DNA of 25,636 nucleotides from Desulfobacteraceae bacterium. Lineage in GTDB: Bacteria > Desulfobacterota > Desulfobacteria > Desulfobacterales > Desulfatirhabdiaceae. The position numbers and the translations under genes are program-made. The DNA is taken from the NCBI GenBank assembly GCA_027325475.1, contig DAIEFO010000002.1, forward strand, positions 1 through 25,636, read 5' to 3'. Position 1 is the first letter of the stretch; every line of letters starts with the position of its first letter. The notes under the pieces were generated by a model. It did no database searches. It had not been told where the DNA came from and saw only the letters and a program-made list of their open reading frames with translations. Shown here piece after piece: positions 6,663-15,757 of this stretch.

Positions 6663-9326
6663 ATGAAACGGATAGCGTTAACCATCAACGGCGCAAAACA
6701 TGAATTTGTAGTCGGCCCGGAACGGGTGCTGCTGGATTTGCTGCGTGATGACCTCGGACTGACAGGCGCCAAACAGTCCTGCGACCGAAAAGGTCAGTGC
6801 GGCGCTTGCATGGTGATTGTGAACGGCAAAACGGTGCTTTCCTGCCTGACAAAGGTCTATACCCTGGAAGAGGCGGAGGTGATTACTGTGGAAGGGCTGG
6901 GTACTCCGGAAAATCCTCACCTCATTCAGCAAGCATTCGTTCTGGCGGGCGCCATTCAGTGCGGATACTGCACTCCCGGCATGATCATGGCGGCCAAGAC
7001 GCTGCTGGACGCCTGTCCGGATCCTTCTGTCGAAGACATCAAAAAAGGATTGTCACGGAACCTGTGCCGATGCACCGGTTATAAAAAAATAATCGAAGCC
7101 GTCCAGTTGGCTGGCAGGTTCATCCGCGGCGAAATCACTCCGGATGCCGTATGTCCGACTTCCGACGACAAGTCCATGGGCGTTTGTCATCCCCGGCCAT
7201 CGGCCTTGGCCAAAGCTTGCGGTACGGCGCATTTCACCGCCGATATCCGACTGAAAAACGCTCTGGAGCTGGCGGTTCTCAGGAGTCATCTTCCCCATGC
7301 CCGCATTGTTTCCATCGACGCCACTGAAGCGCTTGCCATGCCCGGGGTTGCCGGCGTTGTGACCGCGGCTGACGTCAAAGGTTCCAATATCCTGAAATAT
7401 ATCGTGGCGGACCGGCCGGTGCTGTGCAAAGACAAGGTCCGCTACATCGGGGATCCGATTTTGATAGTGGGGGCTGAAACAAAAGCGCAGGCGGAGGCGG
7501 CGATTTCGGTTGTCCGGGTTGAACTGGAACCTTTGCCGGTCATGAGCTGTCCGGAAGATTCCCTTGGACCCGACGCTGTCAGTGTTCATGACGAGCTTCC
7601 CAATCTCTGCTTTCAGCAGCCCCAGATCAAGGGAGATGCCGAAACAGCCCTTAAAAATTCCGACGCTGTCATCGAAGCACAATTCAAAACGCAGATCAAT
7701 CACCAGGCTCCCCTGGAGCCTGAAGCAGCAGTAGCTTACTGGGAAGATCCTGGGGAAGGCGAAGATCCAACGCTGGTGATCGTCAGCCGCAGTATCAACA
7801 TCCATCTGCACCTTGCAATGCTTCAGGCCGCCCTCGGCTGGGAAAATATGCGTTACCGGGAGGCCTATTCCGGGGGGCAGTTCGGTATCCGGATCGATGT
7901 GATTTCGGAAGGAATTGCGGGCGCCGCCGCCATCCATTTCAAACGGGCTGTGCGCTACATTCCGAGTATCGCCGAAAGTATGCTGATGAGTTCCAAGCGT
8001 CATTCCTTCAAGATGCACGTCAGGATGGGCGCGGACAGCCACGGAAAGCTGACGGCTTACTGTAACGATATCCTGATTGACAAAGGGGCCTATTATTCCA
8101 TTGGTCATGTGGTGCTGCACAGGTCTCTGCTCATGCTCTCAGGTTCTTACCATATTCCCAATATCCAGGCGATGGGAAGGCTTGTTTACACCAACAACCC
8201 CTGGGGCAGTGCAGCCAGGGGTGCCGGTCCTCCTCAGACCAATTTTGCCCTCGAATGCGCTATGGATATGCTGGCGGATAAGATCGGCATGGATCCGTTT
8301 GAATTTCGTCTGCTGAATTCGCTTCAACCTGGTCAGAGTAAATCCACGGGGCGAGTGGTCGATATGTGGTGTTTCCCTGAACTCATGGAAGCCATGCGAC
8401 CCCATTACGAGAGAGCGGTCAGAGAAGCCAAAGCGATGTCCTCCGGCCGAATCCGGCGAGGGGTTGGCATAGGCGCCGGGGCTTTCGGCATAGGCGGGCC
8501 GGGCGATGTTTCGGTGGCTGCGGTCGAACTGGATGCGGACGGCGGCGTCAGTGTCTATGCCGCTGCCGCCGACCCGGGCGAAGGCAATGATTCCATGCTG
8601 AGCCAGTTAACGGCCGCCTTTATGAATATCCCTCTGCGTAAGGTGCGGCTCCACACCCGGGATACGAATAACACCGCAGCCAGCGGCCCGGCTGCCGGCA
8701 GTCGCATCACATATATGATCGGCGGGGCGCTGATCAACGCACTGGAACAATTGAAAGCCGCCATGCAGGAAACCGGAGCCAGAACTTCCGTTGAGCTGGA
8801 AACTGCCGGTAAATCTAAACGTTACCTGGGACGGAAGAAAAATGAAGACGCCGGCCCCCTGGATCCGCAGACAGGGCAGGGGCCGTCCTTTGAATCCCAG
8901 GTGCATGCCGTACAGATGGTCGAGCTGGAAGTGGACACCGAAACCGGCCAGGTTGTTATTCGCAAAATGACAACCGCCGTGGATGCCGGGCGGGTCATCA
9001 ATCCGCAGAACCTGACCGGCCAGCTTGAAGGCGGTATGGATATGGGCGTCGGATTTGCGCTCCGGGAAGAATATGTGGCCGGAAAGACCAGAGACTGGGT
9101 CAGCTTTAAATTCCCGACGATCCGGACAAGTTTTGAGATGGAAACCCTGATCCGTGAAACGCCAAGACCTAAAGGCCCTCTGGGCGCCACCGGCATCGGT
9201 GAGATGTGTATGGTCCCCACAGCTCCGGCCGTTATCAACGCCATCAGGAACGCCGCTGGTATCTGGATATGCGATCAGCCGGCCACGCGGGAAAAAATCA
9301 AGGCCGCCCTGAATCCAGAGAAATGA
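6663..9326 (+). CDS. mop: Molybdopterin-dependent aldehyde oxidoreductase, Mop/xanthine-oxidase family (2x[2Fe-2S] + Mo domain, no FAD domain)
   Basis: Start moved from 6552 to ATG 6663 (AAGGAG RBS; the upstream ORF part overlaps the promoter). CDRKGQCGAC...C and QCGYCTPG...CRCTGY Fe-S motifs; GGQFG, RGAG.PQ, GEG, SR and GIGE (catalytic Glu) Mo-domain motifs; about 887 aa, like Desulfovibrio Mop. Confidence 0.9.
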   Translation: MKRIALTINGAKHEFVVGPERVLLDLLRDDLGLTGAKQSCDRKGQCGACMVIVNGKTVLSCLTKVYTLEEAEVITVEGLGTPENPHLIQQAFVLAGAIQCGYCTPGMIMAAKTLLDACPDPSVEDIKKGLSRNLCRCTGYKKIIEAVQLAGRFIRGEITPDAVCPTSDDKSMGVCHPRPSALAKACGTAHFTADIRLKNALELAVLRSHLPHARIVSIDATEALAMPGVAGVVTAADVKGSNILKYIVADRPVLCKDKVRYIGDPILIVGAETKAQAEAAISVVRVELEPLPVMSCPEDSLGPDAVSVHDELPNLCFQQPQIKGDAETALKNSDAVIEAQFKTQINHQAPLEPEAAVAYWEDPGEGEDPTLVIVSRSINIHLHLAMLQAALGWENMRYREAYSGGQFGIRIDVISEGIAGAAAIHFKRAVRYIPSIAESMLMSSKRHSFKMHVRMGADSHGKLTAYCNDILIDKGAYYSIGHVVLHRSLLMLSGSYHIPNIQAMGRLVYTNNPWGSAARGAGPPQTNFALECAMDMLADKIGMDPFEFRLLNSLQPGQSKSTGRVVDMWCFPELMEAMRPHYERAVREAKAMSSGRIRRGVGIGAGAFGIGGPGDVSVAAVELDADGGVSVYAAAADPGEGNDSMLSQLTAAFMNIPLRKVRLHTRDTNNTAASGPAAGSRITYMIGGALINALEQLKAAMQETGARTSVELETAGKSKRYLGRKKNEDAGPLDPQTGQGPSFESQVHAVQMVELEVDTETGQVVIRKMTTAVDAGRVINPQNLTGQLEGGMDMGVGFALREEYVAGKTRDWVSFKFPTIRTSFEMETLIRETPRPKGPLGATGIGEMCMVPTAPAVINAIRNAAGIWICDQPATREKIKAALNPEK

Positions 9327-9329
9327 ACC

Positions 9330-9689
9330 ATGGATGTGCACCCAACCGGCAATTCGCCCCAGAACCCCGGCCCATGGGTGCGCATCATCGACGGGCGGAA
9401 AATCCTGTTTGACCGGGATGGATATCTGAATGATTTCGATGACTGGTCGGAATCCGTTTTTGAAATTCTGGCCAACGAACTGGGGCTGATTCAAATAACG
9501 GCCCCACACCGGCAGGTCATTCGGTTTCTACGGGAATTTTACGCCTATCACGGACGAGCCCCGCTGAACCGTCAGCTCCGGGAGGGAACCGGCCTGACGG
9601 TGATGGAGATCGAAAAACTGTTTCCGGGCGGGCTGAAAGAAGGCGCCCGCCGGCTTGCCGGTCTTCCCAACCCCAAAACCTGCAACTGA
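9330..9689 (+). CDS. tusE: TusE/DsrC-family sulfur relay protein (terminal Cys only)
   Basis: 119 aa. DRDGYL.DFDDWSE, HRQVIRFLREFY, LFPGG..GA.RLAGLPNPKTC. The position 11 residues before the terminal Cys (the second Cys of true DsrC) is Arg. Confidence 0.85.
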   Translation: MDVHPTGNSPQNPGPWVRIIDGRKILFDRDGYLNDFDDWSESVFEILANELGLIQITAPHRQVIRFLREFYAYHGRAPLNRQLREGTGLTVMEIEKLFPGGLKEGARRLAGLPNPKTCN

Positions 9690-9705
9690 ACAGAGGGGCA
9701 ATCTC

Positions 9706-10866
9706 ATGGAACCTTCTCCACTCATTTATATGGACAACGCCGCCACTTCCTACCCCAAGCCCGCCGATTGTCTGAATCGCGCACTTCTCCGATATCTGAA
9801 GCTCGGGGCGTCTCCCGGTCGGGGGGGATACGATCTGGCTCAGGAAGCCGAAGAGGCTGTATCTGAAATTCGAAACCGCTTGCGGCACTTCTTCGGCGCT
9901 GCTCCGGACTGGCCGCTTTGCTTCGCTGCGAACGCCACCGATGCGCTCAACACCTTGATTCAGGGGATGACCGAACCCGGCGATCATGTGGTCAGCACCC
10001 GCCTGGAGCACAACTCCGTGTTGAGGCCACTGAACCACCTGCGTGAAAATGGCCGGATCACATTCGATCTTGCCCGGTTCGATACCGATGGATTCGTGGA
10101 TCCAAGTGAAATTAGAGCGCTTATCCAATCCAAAACCCGCCTGGTAATTCTCAACCACGCGTCCAATGTCCTGGGTACGGTTCAGCCGGTTGCCGCCATT
10201 GGTCGAATCTGCCGTGATGCGGGTATTTCTCTGGTGATAGATGTTTCACAGAGTGCCGGGGTCATTCCTGTCGCTATGAAGGACTGGGGGGTTTCCGCCC
10301 TGGCTTTCACGGGTCACAAATCTTTGATGGGGCCCTCCGGCATCGGTGGTCTTGTCATCCGTCCAGACATTGCAATCCGTCCAATTCGCTTCGGCGGTAC
10401 GGGTATCGATTCTGCCAATCCCTTTCATACAAAAGAGTTTCCATACCGGCTTGAAGCCGGCACACTGAATCTTCTGGGAATCCTGGGGCTGGGTGAGTCT
10501 CTGTCTTTTCTGGAAGAACAGGAAGCCGGTGGATTCCGCGCCCTGGAAATGGCGCTGACCCGGCAGCTCATAGACGGATTTTCCGAAATTGACGGCGTCA
10601 CCCTGTATGCCGCCAGAAGCCTTGAAAATCATATTCCGCTGTTAAGCTGCAACGTGAATGGAATTGCAGCATCGGATGCCGCAGCCGTTCTGGACGGCGA
10701 CTTCAATATTGCCGTGCGCGCCGGCCTGCACTGTGCTCCTCTGGTGCACGAAAGTCTCGGCACAGCCTCCGGGGGCGCTATCCGTTTCAGCCTCGGTGTA
10801 TTCAATCAACTGTCGGACATCGAAGCCGCTGTCCATGCCATGTCGATCATCGCCGGAAGCGCTTGA
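9706..10866 (+). CDS. Cysteine desulfurase-family PLP enzyme (class V aminotransferase, SufS-like/EF2568-type)
   Basis: Start at ATG 9706 (GAGGGG RBS). IYMDNAATSYPKP, EHNSV, HASNVLG, PLP-Lys TGHK and catalytic RAGLHCAP. Confidence 0.88.
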   Translation: MEPSPLIYMDNAATSYPKPADCLNRALLRYLKLGASPGRGGYDLAQEAEEAVSEIRNRLRHFFGAAPDWPLCFAANATDALNTLIQGMTEPGDHVVSTRLEHNSVLRPLNHLRENGRITFDLARFDTDGFVDPSEIRALIQSKTRLVILNHASNVLGTVQPVAAIGRICRDAGISLVIDVSQSAGVIPVAMKDWGVSALAFTGHKSLMGPSGIGGLVIRPDIAIRPIRFGGTGIDSANPFHTKEFPYRLEAGTLNLLGILGLGESLSFLEEQEAGGFRALEMALTRQLIDGFSEIDGVTLYAARSLENHIPLLSCNVNGIAASDAAAVLDGDFNIAVRAGLHCAPLVHESLGTASGGAIRFSLGVFNQLSDIEAAVHAMSIIAGSA

Positions 10867-10911
10867 TCCGGTCGGTTTCTCTATGAACAGCATCTGAACG
10901 AATTTATCATA

Positions 10912-10927
10912 TGGTATGCAACTTGCT
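10912..10927 (+). promoter_or_regulatory. Sigma54 -24/-12 promoter of the large glutamate dehydrogenase gene
   Basis: TGGTATGCAACTTGCT: GG-N10-GC, about 60 bp upstream of the ATG at 10986. Confidence 0.75.
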
Positions 10928-10985
10928 TTAAATATTAGGAAATGCGCATTCCGCCGCACCCAATTTCAAAAGCTGAGGAGGCACC

Positions 10986-13900
10986 ATGAACCATCCCCCA
11001 CCCGAACGTCCCAATGTGCAGTCCCAAGGGGCATACATCATCCACAAGGCCCAAAGCGTCAAACTCAATCCCAGCACCCTGTACGAGGCGGTGATTGATT
11101 TGTCCGCCGAAGGGCTGCTGACGGCCAACTGCATTAATATGGCCGCCGGTATCCTGCTGGACGATCTGGGGCTTCCGACGTATTTTTTCGAAAACATCCA
11201 GAAGGAATCTCTGAAGCATATTCTGGCCTCCATCGCCACCAACCTGACGGTTGATGACAGCGGACAGGTTGTTCTGGTGGGCCGGGTGGCACACATCGAT
11301 TTCAGCCTGGAGCAAGGCGGCAGCAATGTGCAGCGGGTACGTATCGCCACACAGGAAACCCGGGACAGCATGGAAAAAATTCTGGAGAATATGCTCCCCG
11401 GTCACCGGCGGGAATATTATTACAGCTTCAAAAGTCAGTACTATACTTACATCATCCGACCGGAAACAGTGCAGGATTTTCCCCGGAACGCTTTCAGGGA
11501 TTCGCGGTTTCTGTTTGCCTTAGCCGGTGACTATGCGATCACACCGGAGGCCACGCGAAGGCGGTATGAAAACTTCCTGAAATCTTATGAAAAAAATGTC
11601 AGCCCTCTGATTGAAGTGTTCAATCTGTCCGATACCGAAGAAACGCGTCTGATGTTCAACAGCGATTTTGCATCTCCGCAACTGCCCGTTCTCCGGAAAT
11701 TGATTGCGGATCACGATCTGGTGCTCAGCCGCGCTTATTGGGAACCTTACTGCGGCAAATCTTCCTGCGCTTCCTCCATCTGTTCCCTGTACATCCTGGG
11801 AGAGCTTTCCAGAAAGAAAGAGTCGGCGTTATTACGCGATTTATGCGCTTTTCTGGCCTTCAACATCAACCGGATCACGGACAGTTATGTTCGAGGAGAT
11901 CTGAGCTTCCAGGAAATGCTGTTTGCCGGTAACGCCGTGGATTTTACCCATATGTTCATTTTCAAGGAACGTGATAACGCCACAGACCGTGAAATTCTGA
12001 ACAGCCTGACCGGAAAGGATCACCGGGAAGCGTTTGCCGCCCGGATTCATGGTTCCAACAAGTCCGCCTACGTTCATAAAGAAATTCTGGAAGCGGCCAT
12101 GGAAAATCCGGATATAGTGAGATCCCTTTACGATCTCTTCGAACAAAGGTTTAATCCGGATATGAAAAATCGGATTTCATCCGCCGAGCTTGAGAAAAAA
12201 TTTCAGAAATTCGACAAGACGCTCTCCCACCGGTTCATGGACAACTGGCTCTATGCCGATATTTTCCGCTTTATGTTCAAGCTGATGTCCCGCCTGTTGA
12301 AAACCAATTTCTACAAAACCGAAAAACGATCTTTCGCTTTTCGCTTCGACAATGCGGTGCTGGATCCGCTAGTGTTCGAGCAGTTCGTTTACGGTGTTTT
12401 TTTTGTCAATGGCCACTATTCTTGCGGTACTCATCTGCGGGCTGCGGACATCGCCCGGGGAGGGCTGCGGCTTATCCGGGTGTCCGCCGCCAATCACGCT
12501 ACTGAACTGGACAATGCTCTTCTTCTGAATTATGCGCTCGGCCCCAAAGCCCAGAGGCTGAAACACAAGGATATCTGTGAAAGCGGCTCCAAGGGGGTGG
12601 TTGTGCCGCATGCCATTTACGCCGCTCAGGGAATGGACGCTCTCTTTGATTACACGGAAGGCGTCATGGATCTGGTGATGGGCGATGAGCGTATCATCGA
12701 CGATTACGGTCTGCCTGAGATGATTTTTTTCGGGCCGGACGAAGGCACCGCGCCTTTGATGGATGCGGTAGCAGTGCGGTGCCGGGACCGCGGTTACCGG
12801 TACTGGCGTACGATCGCCACCGGAAAGAGCACCGGCATTCCCCATGACACGTACGGAATTCTGAAAACAGGTGAAATTTTTGGGTTGATCGGCAATATCG
12901 CCGATGGCGTCGATCTTCAAATCGAAGGGGTCAGCGTTGCCGCCACTGCCGATATGGATATTCTTTATAACCGGATCGGCAATCAGATCGTTTCCAGCGG
13001 CATGACCACCACCGGTATTATGGGATCCTTTCGGACACTGATTTCTCATTACGGGTTCAAGGAGCAAGAACTCAATCTGATGATGACCGGCGGTCCGGAT
13101 GGGGATTTAGGCGCCAATCAGATACAGTGCTACCACGGCAAAATCTGCCTGCTCATTGACGGCGGCGCCATCCTTTTTGATCCCGATGGTCTGGACCGGG
13201 AAGCTCTGATGAAAATCGCTTTCATGCGGCATACTTCTCCCCGGGCTGATTCCCGGTCGTTCCCGGAGAATAAGCTGAGCGCCCGCGGGTTCAAGGTGAT
13301 GGTTGACGCCAGAAACGTGCGTCTGCCGGATGGTACCCTTGTTGAAGACGGCGCCTTGTTTCACCGTGACTTTTTGTCCAATCCGGAAAATCGTCGATTC
13401 ATTCAGGATGCCGACATACGGGCGTTTATTCCCTGCGGCGGCTTCAAAGACACGATCAACCGGAACAATGTCAGGGCTTTTCTAAACCTGTTTCAGGAAA
13501 TCAGGTTCATCGTCGAAGGCGCCAATGTCTTTTTTGATGACGCCGCACGCCGGGCCATTGCGGCTACTTCCATTAAACACATCAAGGATACCACCGCCAA
13601 CAAGGGCGGTGTTTTTTCAAGCTCTGTGGCCGAGGTACTGACCGCATTTCTGTTGCAGGAAGACTATGAAACAGCCCTGCTGGATGATATCGGAACGCGG
13701 TGGGCGCTCATCCGCGATATCCTGACGCTGGTGGATCGGTATGCCCGGGCCGAAACTCAAATGCTGCTCCGGATTCATGAAACCAATCCGTCTGTTCCCC
13801 TTTTCGAGCTTTCAGAGATAACCAGTGAACAGATTTTCGCGCTCCAGCAGATTTGCGATCAACACCTGGATATTATCCTGTCCGATGAAGAGCGGGTGTG

Positions 13901-14141
13901 GGCTGTTATGGAGCAGTACATCCCGACGATTCTCATCCAGCGGCTGGGGCGCGCCTCCATTCTCAATACGTTTCAGGCAGAAGACCTCAAACCCTATAGA
14001 AATGCCATTCTTACCAAGAAACTGGCTTCACTGGCGTTTTATACCTTCGGCGTTGAATGGCAGGCGTTGATGAACCGGGTGGTCGCCGATTTCAATGACG
14101 GATTTCAGTTTATCTGTGAAACCATCTCGCCCGCACCCTGA
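10986..14141 (+). CDS. gdh: Large NAD-specific glutamate dehydrogenase (~115-kDa, fungal Gdh2-like class)
   Basis: 1051 aa. DIARGGLR, KHKDICESGSKG, FFGPDEGTA, TGKS..GIPHDTYG, TGGPDGDLGANQI, FIPCGG, IVEGANVF and KDTTANKGGV.SSS follow the large NAD-GDH motif series. GAGGAG RBS. Confidence 0.88.
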   Translation: MNHPPPERPNVQSQGAYIIHKAQSVKLNPSTLYEAVIDLSAEGLLTANCINMAAGILLDDLGLPTYFFENIQKESLKHILASIATNLTVDDSGQVVLVGRVAHIDFSLEQGGSNVQRVRIATQETRDSMEKILENMLPGHRREYYYSFKSQYYTYIIRPETVQDFPRNAFRDSRFLFALAGDYAITPEATRRRYENFLKSYEKNVSPLIEVFNLSDTEETRLMFNSDFASPQLPVLRKLIADHDLVLSRAYWEPYCGKSSCASSICSLYILGELSRKKESALLRDLCAFLAFNINRITDSYVRGDLSFQEMLFAGNAVDFTHMFIFKERDNATDREILNSLTGKDHREAFAARIHGSNKSAYVHKEILEAAMENPDIVRSLYDLFEQRFNPDMKNRISSAELEKKFQKFDKTLSHRFMDNWLYADIFRFMFKLMSRLLKTNFYKTEKRSFAFRFDNAVLDPLVFEQFVYGVFFVNGHYSCGTHLRAADIARGGLRLIRVSAANHATELDNALLLNYALGPKAQRLKHKDICESGSKGVVVPHAIYAAQGMDALFDYTEGVMDLVMGDERIIDDYGLPEMIFFGPDEGTAPLMDAVAVRCRDRGYRYWRTIATGKSTGIPHDTYGILKTGEIFGLIGNIADGVDLQIEGVSVAATADMDILYNRIGNQIVSSGMTTTGIMGSFRTLISHYGFKEQELNLMMTGGPDGDLGANQIQCYHGKICLLIDGGAILFDPDGLDREALMKIAFMRHTSPRADSRSFPENKLSARGFKVMVDARNVRLPDGTLVEDGALFHRDFLSNPENRRFIQDADIRAFIPCGGFKDTINRNNVRAFLNLFQEIRFIVEGANVFFDDAARRAIAATSIKHIKDTTANKGGVFSSSVAEVLTAFLLQEDYETALLDDIGTRWALIRDILTLVDRYARAETQMLLRIHETNPSVPLFELSEITSEQIFALQQICDQHLDIILSDEERVWAVMEQYIPTILIQRLGRASILNTFQAEDLKPYRNAILTKKLASLAFYTFGVEWQALMNRVVADFNDGFQFICETISPAP

Positions 14142-14158
14142 TTCGGTGATTCCAATAC

Positions 14159-14210
14159 AAAAAGGCTGAAAGAACGCTGCTTACACGCATTCTTTCAGCC
14201 TTTCTTTTTT
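14159..14210. terminator. Bidirectional rho-independent terminator between convergent gdh and gabT
   Basis: Perfect 14-bp stem AAAGGCTGAAAGAA (14161-14174) / TTCTTTCAGCCTTT (14190-14203), with a T-run after it on + and an A-run before it. Confidence 0.85.
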
Positions 14211-14236
14211 CAGTCTCCAGAGGGTTCGCTTTTCAG

Positions 14237-15541
14237 TTATTTTTTTAACTCACTCAGCGCTTCTTCAAAAATACCCAGTCCTTTCTCGAGTTGCTCATCG
14301 GTAATAACCAGCGGCATCAGTGTCCGGATGACATTGCTCTTGTGACCGCAGGAAAGCAGCACGAGCCCTTTTTCATAGCAGGATGCCAGGAGTTTTTTTG
14401 TCTCTTCTGTAGCCGGGGCTTTGGTGTGACGATCTTTGACCAGTTCCAGAGCGATCATGGGCCCCTTGCCGCGGACATCCCCGATGATTTCGTATTTGTT
14501 TTTCATGTCCTGAAATCTTTTCCAGAGCTTTTCTCCCAGAATTTCAGCTTTCTGCAGCAGATTGTCTTCAAACAGCACATCCAGCACCGCAAGACCCGCC
14601 CGGCAGGCGATCGGATTACCTGCGTAGGTGCCGCCCAGACCGCCGACATGAGGTTTATCCATCATTTCTTTTCTGCCAATGACCGCACTCAGGGGAAGCC
14701 CGCCGCCGAGGCTTTTGGCCATTGTGATGATATCTGGAGCAATGCCCCAGTGATCGATGGCGAACATCTTGCCGGTGCGACCGGCGCCCGTCTGTACTTC
14801 ATCGATGATCAGAGCGATGCCATATTTCTGGCAGATTTGTTGAAGCTTTGGAAAATATTCGGGTGGCGGTGTGATGAATCCACCTTCACCCTGGATGGGT
14901 TCGGCGATTATGGCGGCAGTGGATTCCGCAGCTACATGTCCTGCAAAAAAATCCTCCAGATAATCCGCGCAGGCCGTTTTGCAGGACGGATAATTCAGAC
15001 CGAAGGGGCACCGATAGCAGTAGGCGAAGGGAGCGCGGTAAATTTCGGGGGCAAAGGGGCCGAAACCGAATTTATAGGGTTTGACCTTGCTTGTAAGGCT
15101 CATTGTCAACTGGGTGCGGCCATGAAAGGCGTTTTCGAAGCAGATGACAGCCGGACGGCCTGTGGCGTACCGGGCGACCTTCACGGCATTTTCCACTGCC
15201 TCAGCGCCACTGTTGGCAAACATCGTCATTTTCGGAAAATCTCCTGGGGCCAGGCTATTCAGCTTTTCCGCCAGTCTGACGTAAGGTTCGTACATGGCCA
15301 CATGAAAGCAGGTGTGAATGTATTTATCCACCTGGTCTTTAATGGCCGCCACCACCCGGGGATGGCAGTGACCGACGTTGTTGACGCCGATTCCACCGGC
15401 AAAATCGATAAGTTCGCGGCCATCCATATCGATCATCACTGCGCCCCTGGCTTCCCGGATAAACGCGGAGGTGACGTGAAACGGTCCCTGGGGAATATGT
15501 TGTTTTCTTAGATTCAGAAGTTCCTGTTTCGAGGTATCCAT
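14237..15541 (-). CDS. gabT: 4-aminobutyrate/5-aminovalerate:2-oxoglutarate transaminase (class III)
   Basis: 434 aa. IDFAGGIGVNNVGH, HTCFHV, NSGAEAVENAVK, FHGRT..TMSLTSKVKPYKFGFGPF, EPIQGEGGF, DEVQTG, PLP-Lys AKS. GABA versus 5-aminovalerate specificity cannot be resolved by eye. Confidence 0.9.
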   Translation of the reverse strand: MDTSKQELLNLRKQHIPQGPFHVTSAFIREARGAVMIDMDGRELIDFAGGIGVNNVGHCHPRVVAAIKDQVDKYIHTCFHVAMYEPYVRLAEKLNSLAPGDFPKMTMFANSGAEAVENAVKVARYATGRPAVICFENAFHGRTQLTMSLTSKVKPYKFGFGPFAPEIYRAPFAYCYRCPFGLNYPSCKTACADYLEDFFAGHVAAESTAAIIAEPIQGEGGFITPPPEYFPKLQQICQKYGIALIIDEVQTGAGRTGKMFAIDHWGIAPDIITMAKSLGGGLPLSAVIGRKEMMDKPHVGGLGGTYAGNPIACRAGLAVLDVLFEDNLLQKAEILGEKLWKRFQDMKNKYEIIGDVRGKGPMIALELVKDRHTKAPATEETKKLLASCYEKGLVLLSCGHKSNVIRTLMPLVITDEQLEKGLGIFEEALSELKK

Positions 15542-15629
15542 TGATTTCTCCTTTCTACATGTGCGTTCCTGTCCGCATATTCAATCAAGCGGCAATTTGC
15601 GTTTATGAAGTCGTCGATTTTTCACTTTT

Positions 15630-15728
15630 GACGGTTTCGTAAAAAGCCGGTTTTCGGCTGTTTTTCTCTTGTAACATGTTTAATTTACAGTATCTAAATT
15701 TCAAAATTTGACTTTTTACGAGAGCGCC
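15630..15728 (+). repeat. Short (~99 bp) variant TIR element with an AT-rich interior
   Basis: Left end GACGGTTTCGTAAAAAG, right end CTTTTTACGAGAGCGCC (imperfect inverted repeat); same terminus type as the 125-bp element but an unrelated interior. Confidence 0.7.
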
Positions 15729-15757
15729 GTTTTTACTTCATCTTCTTACGCAGGTTA

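Noticed and set aside
9330-9689. True dissimilatory DsrC, or Sec read-through at the TGA after Cys-Asn
   Set aside because: The second conserved Cys is absent, there is no dsrAB context, the family normally ends here, and no convincing SECIS was seen.
10646-10670. GCTGCAA-N11-TTGCAGC palindrome about 250 bp upstream of the gdh promoter as a UAS
   Set aside because: It lies inside coding sequence, its spacing differs from the two matching UAS sites, and it is short enough to be chance.
9706-10866. Class V aminotransferase as PhnW (2-AEP transaminase), linking mop to the phn operon via phosphonoacetaldehyde
   Set aside because: It has desulfurase hallmarks (DNAAT, EHNSV, GLHCAP), no phnA or phnX is present, and the two blocks have different promoter types.
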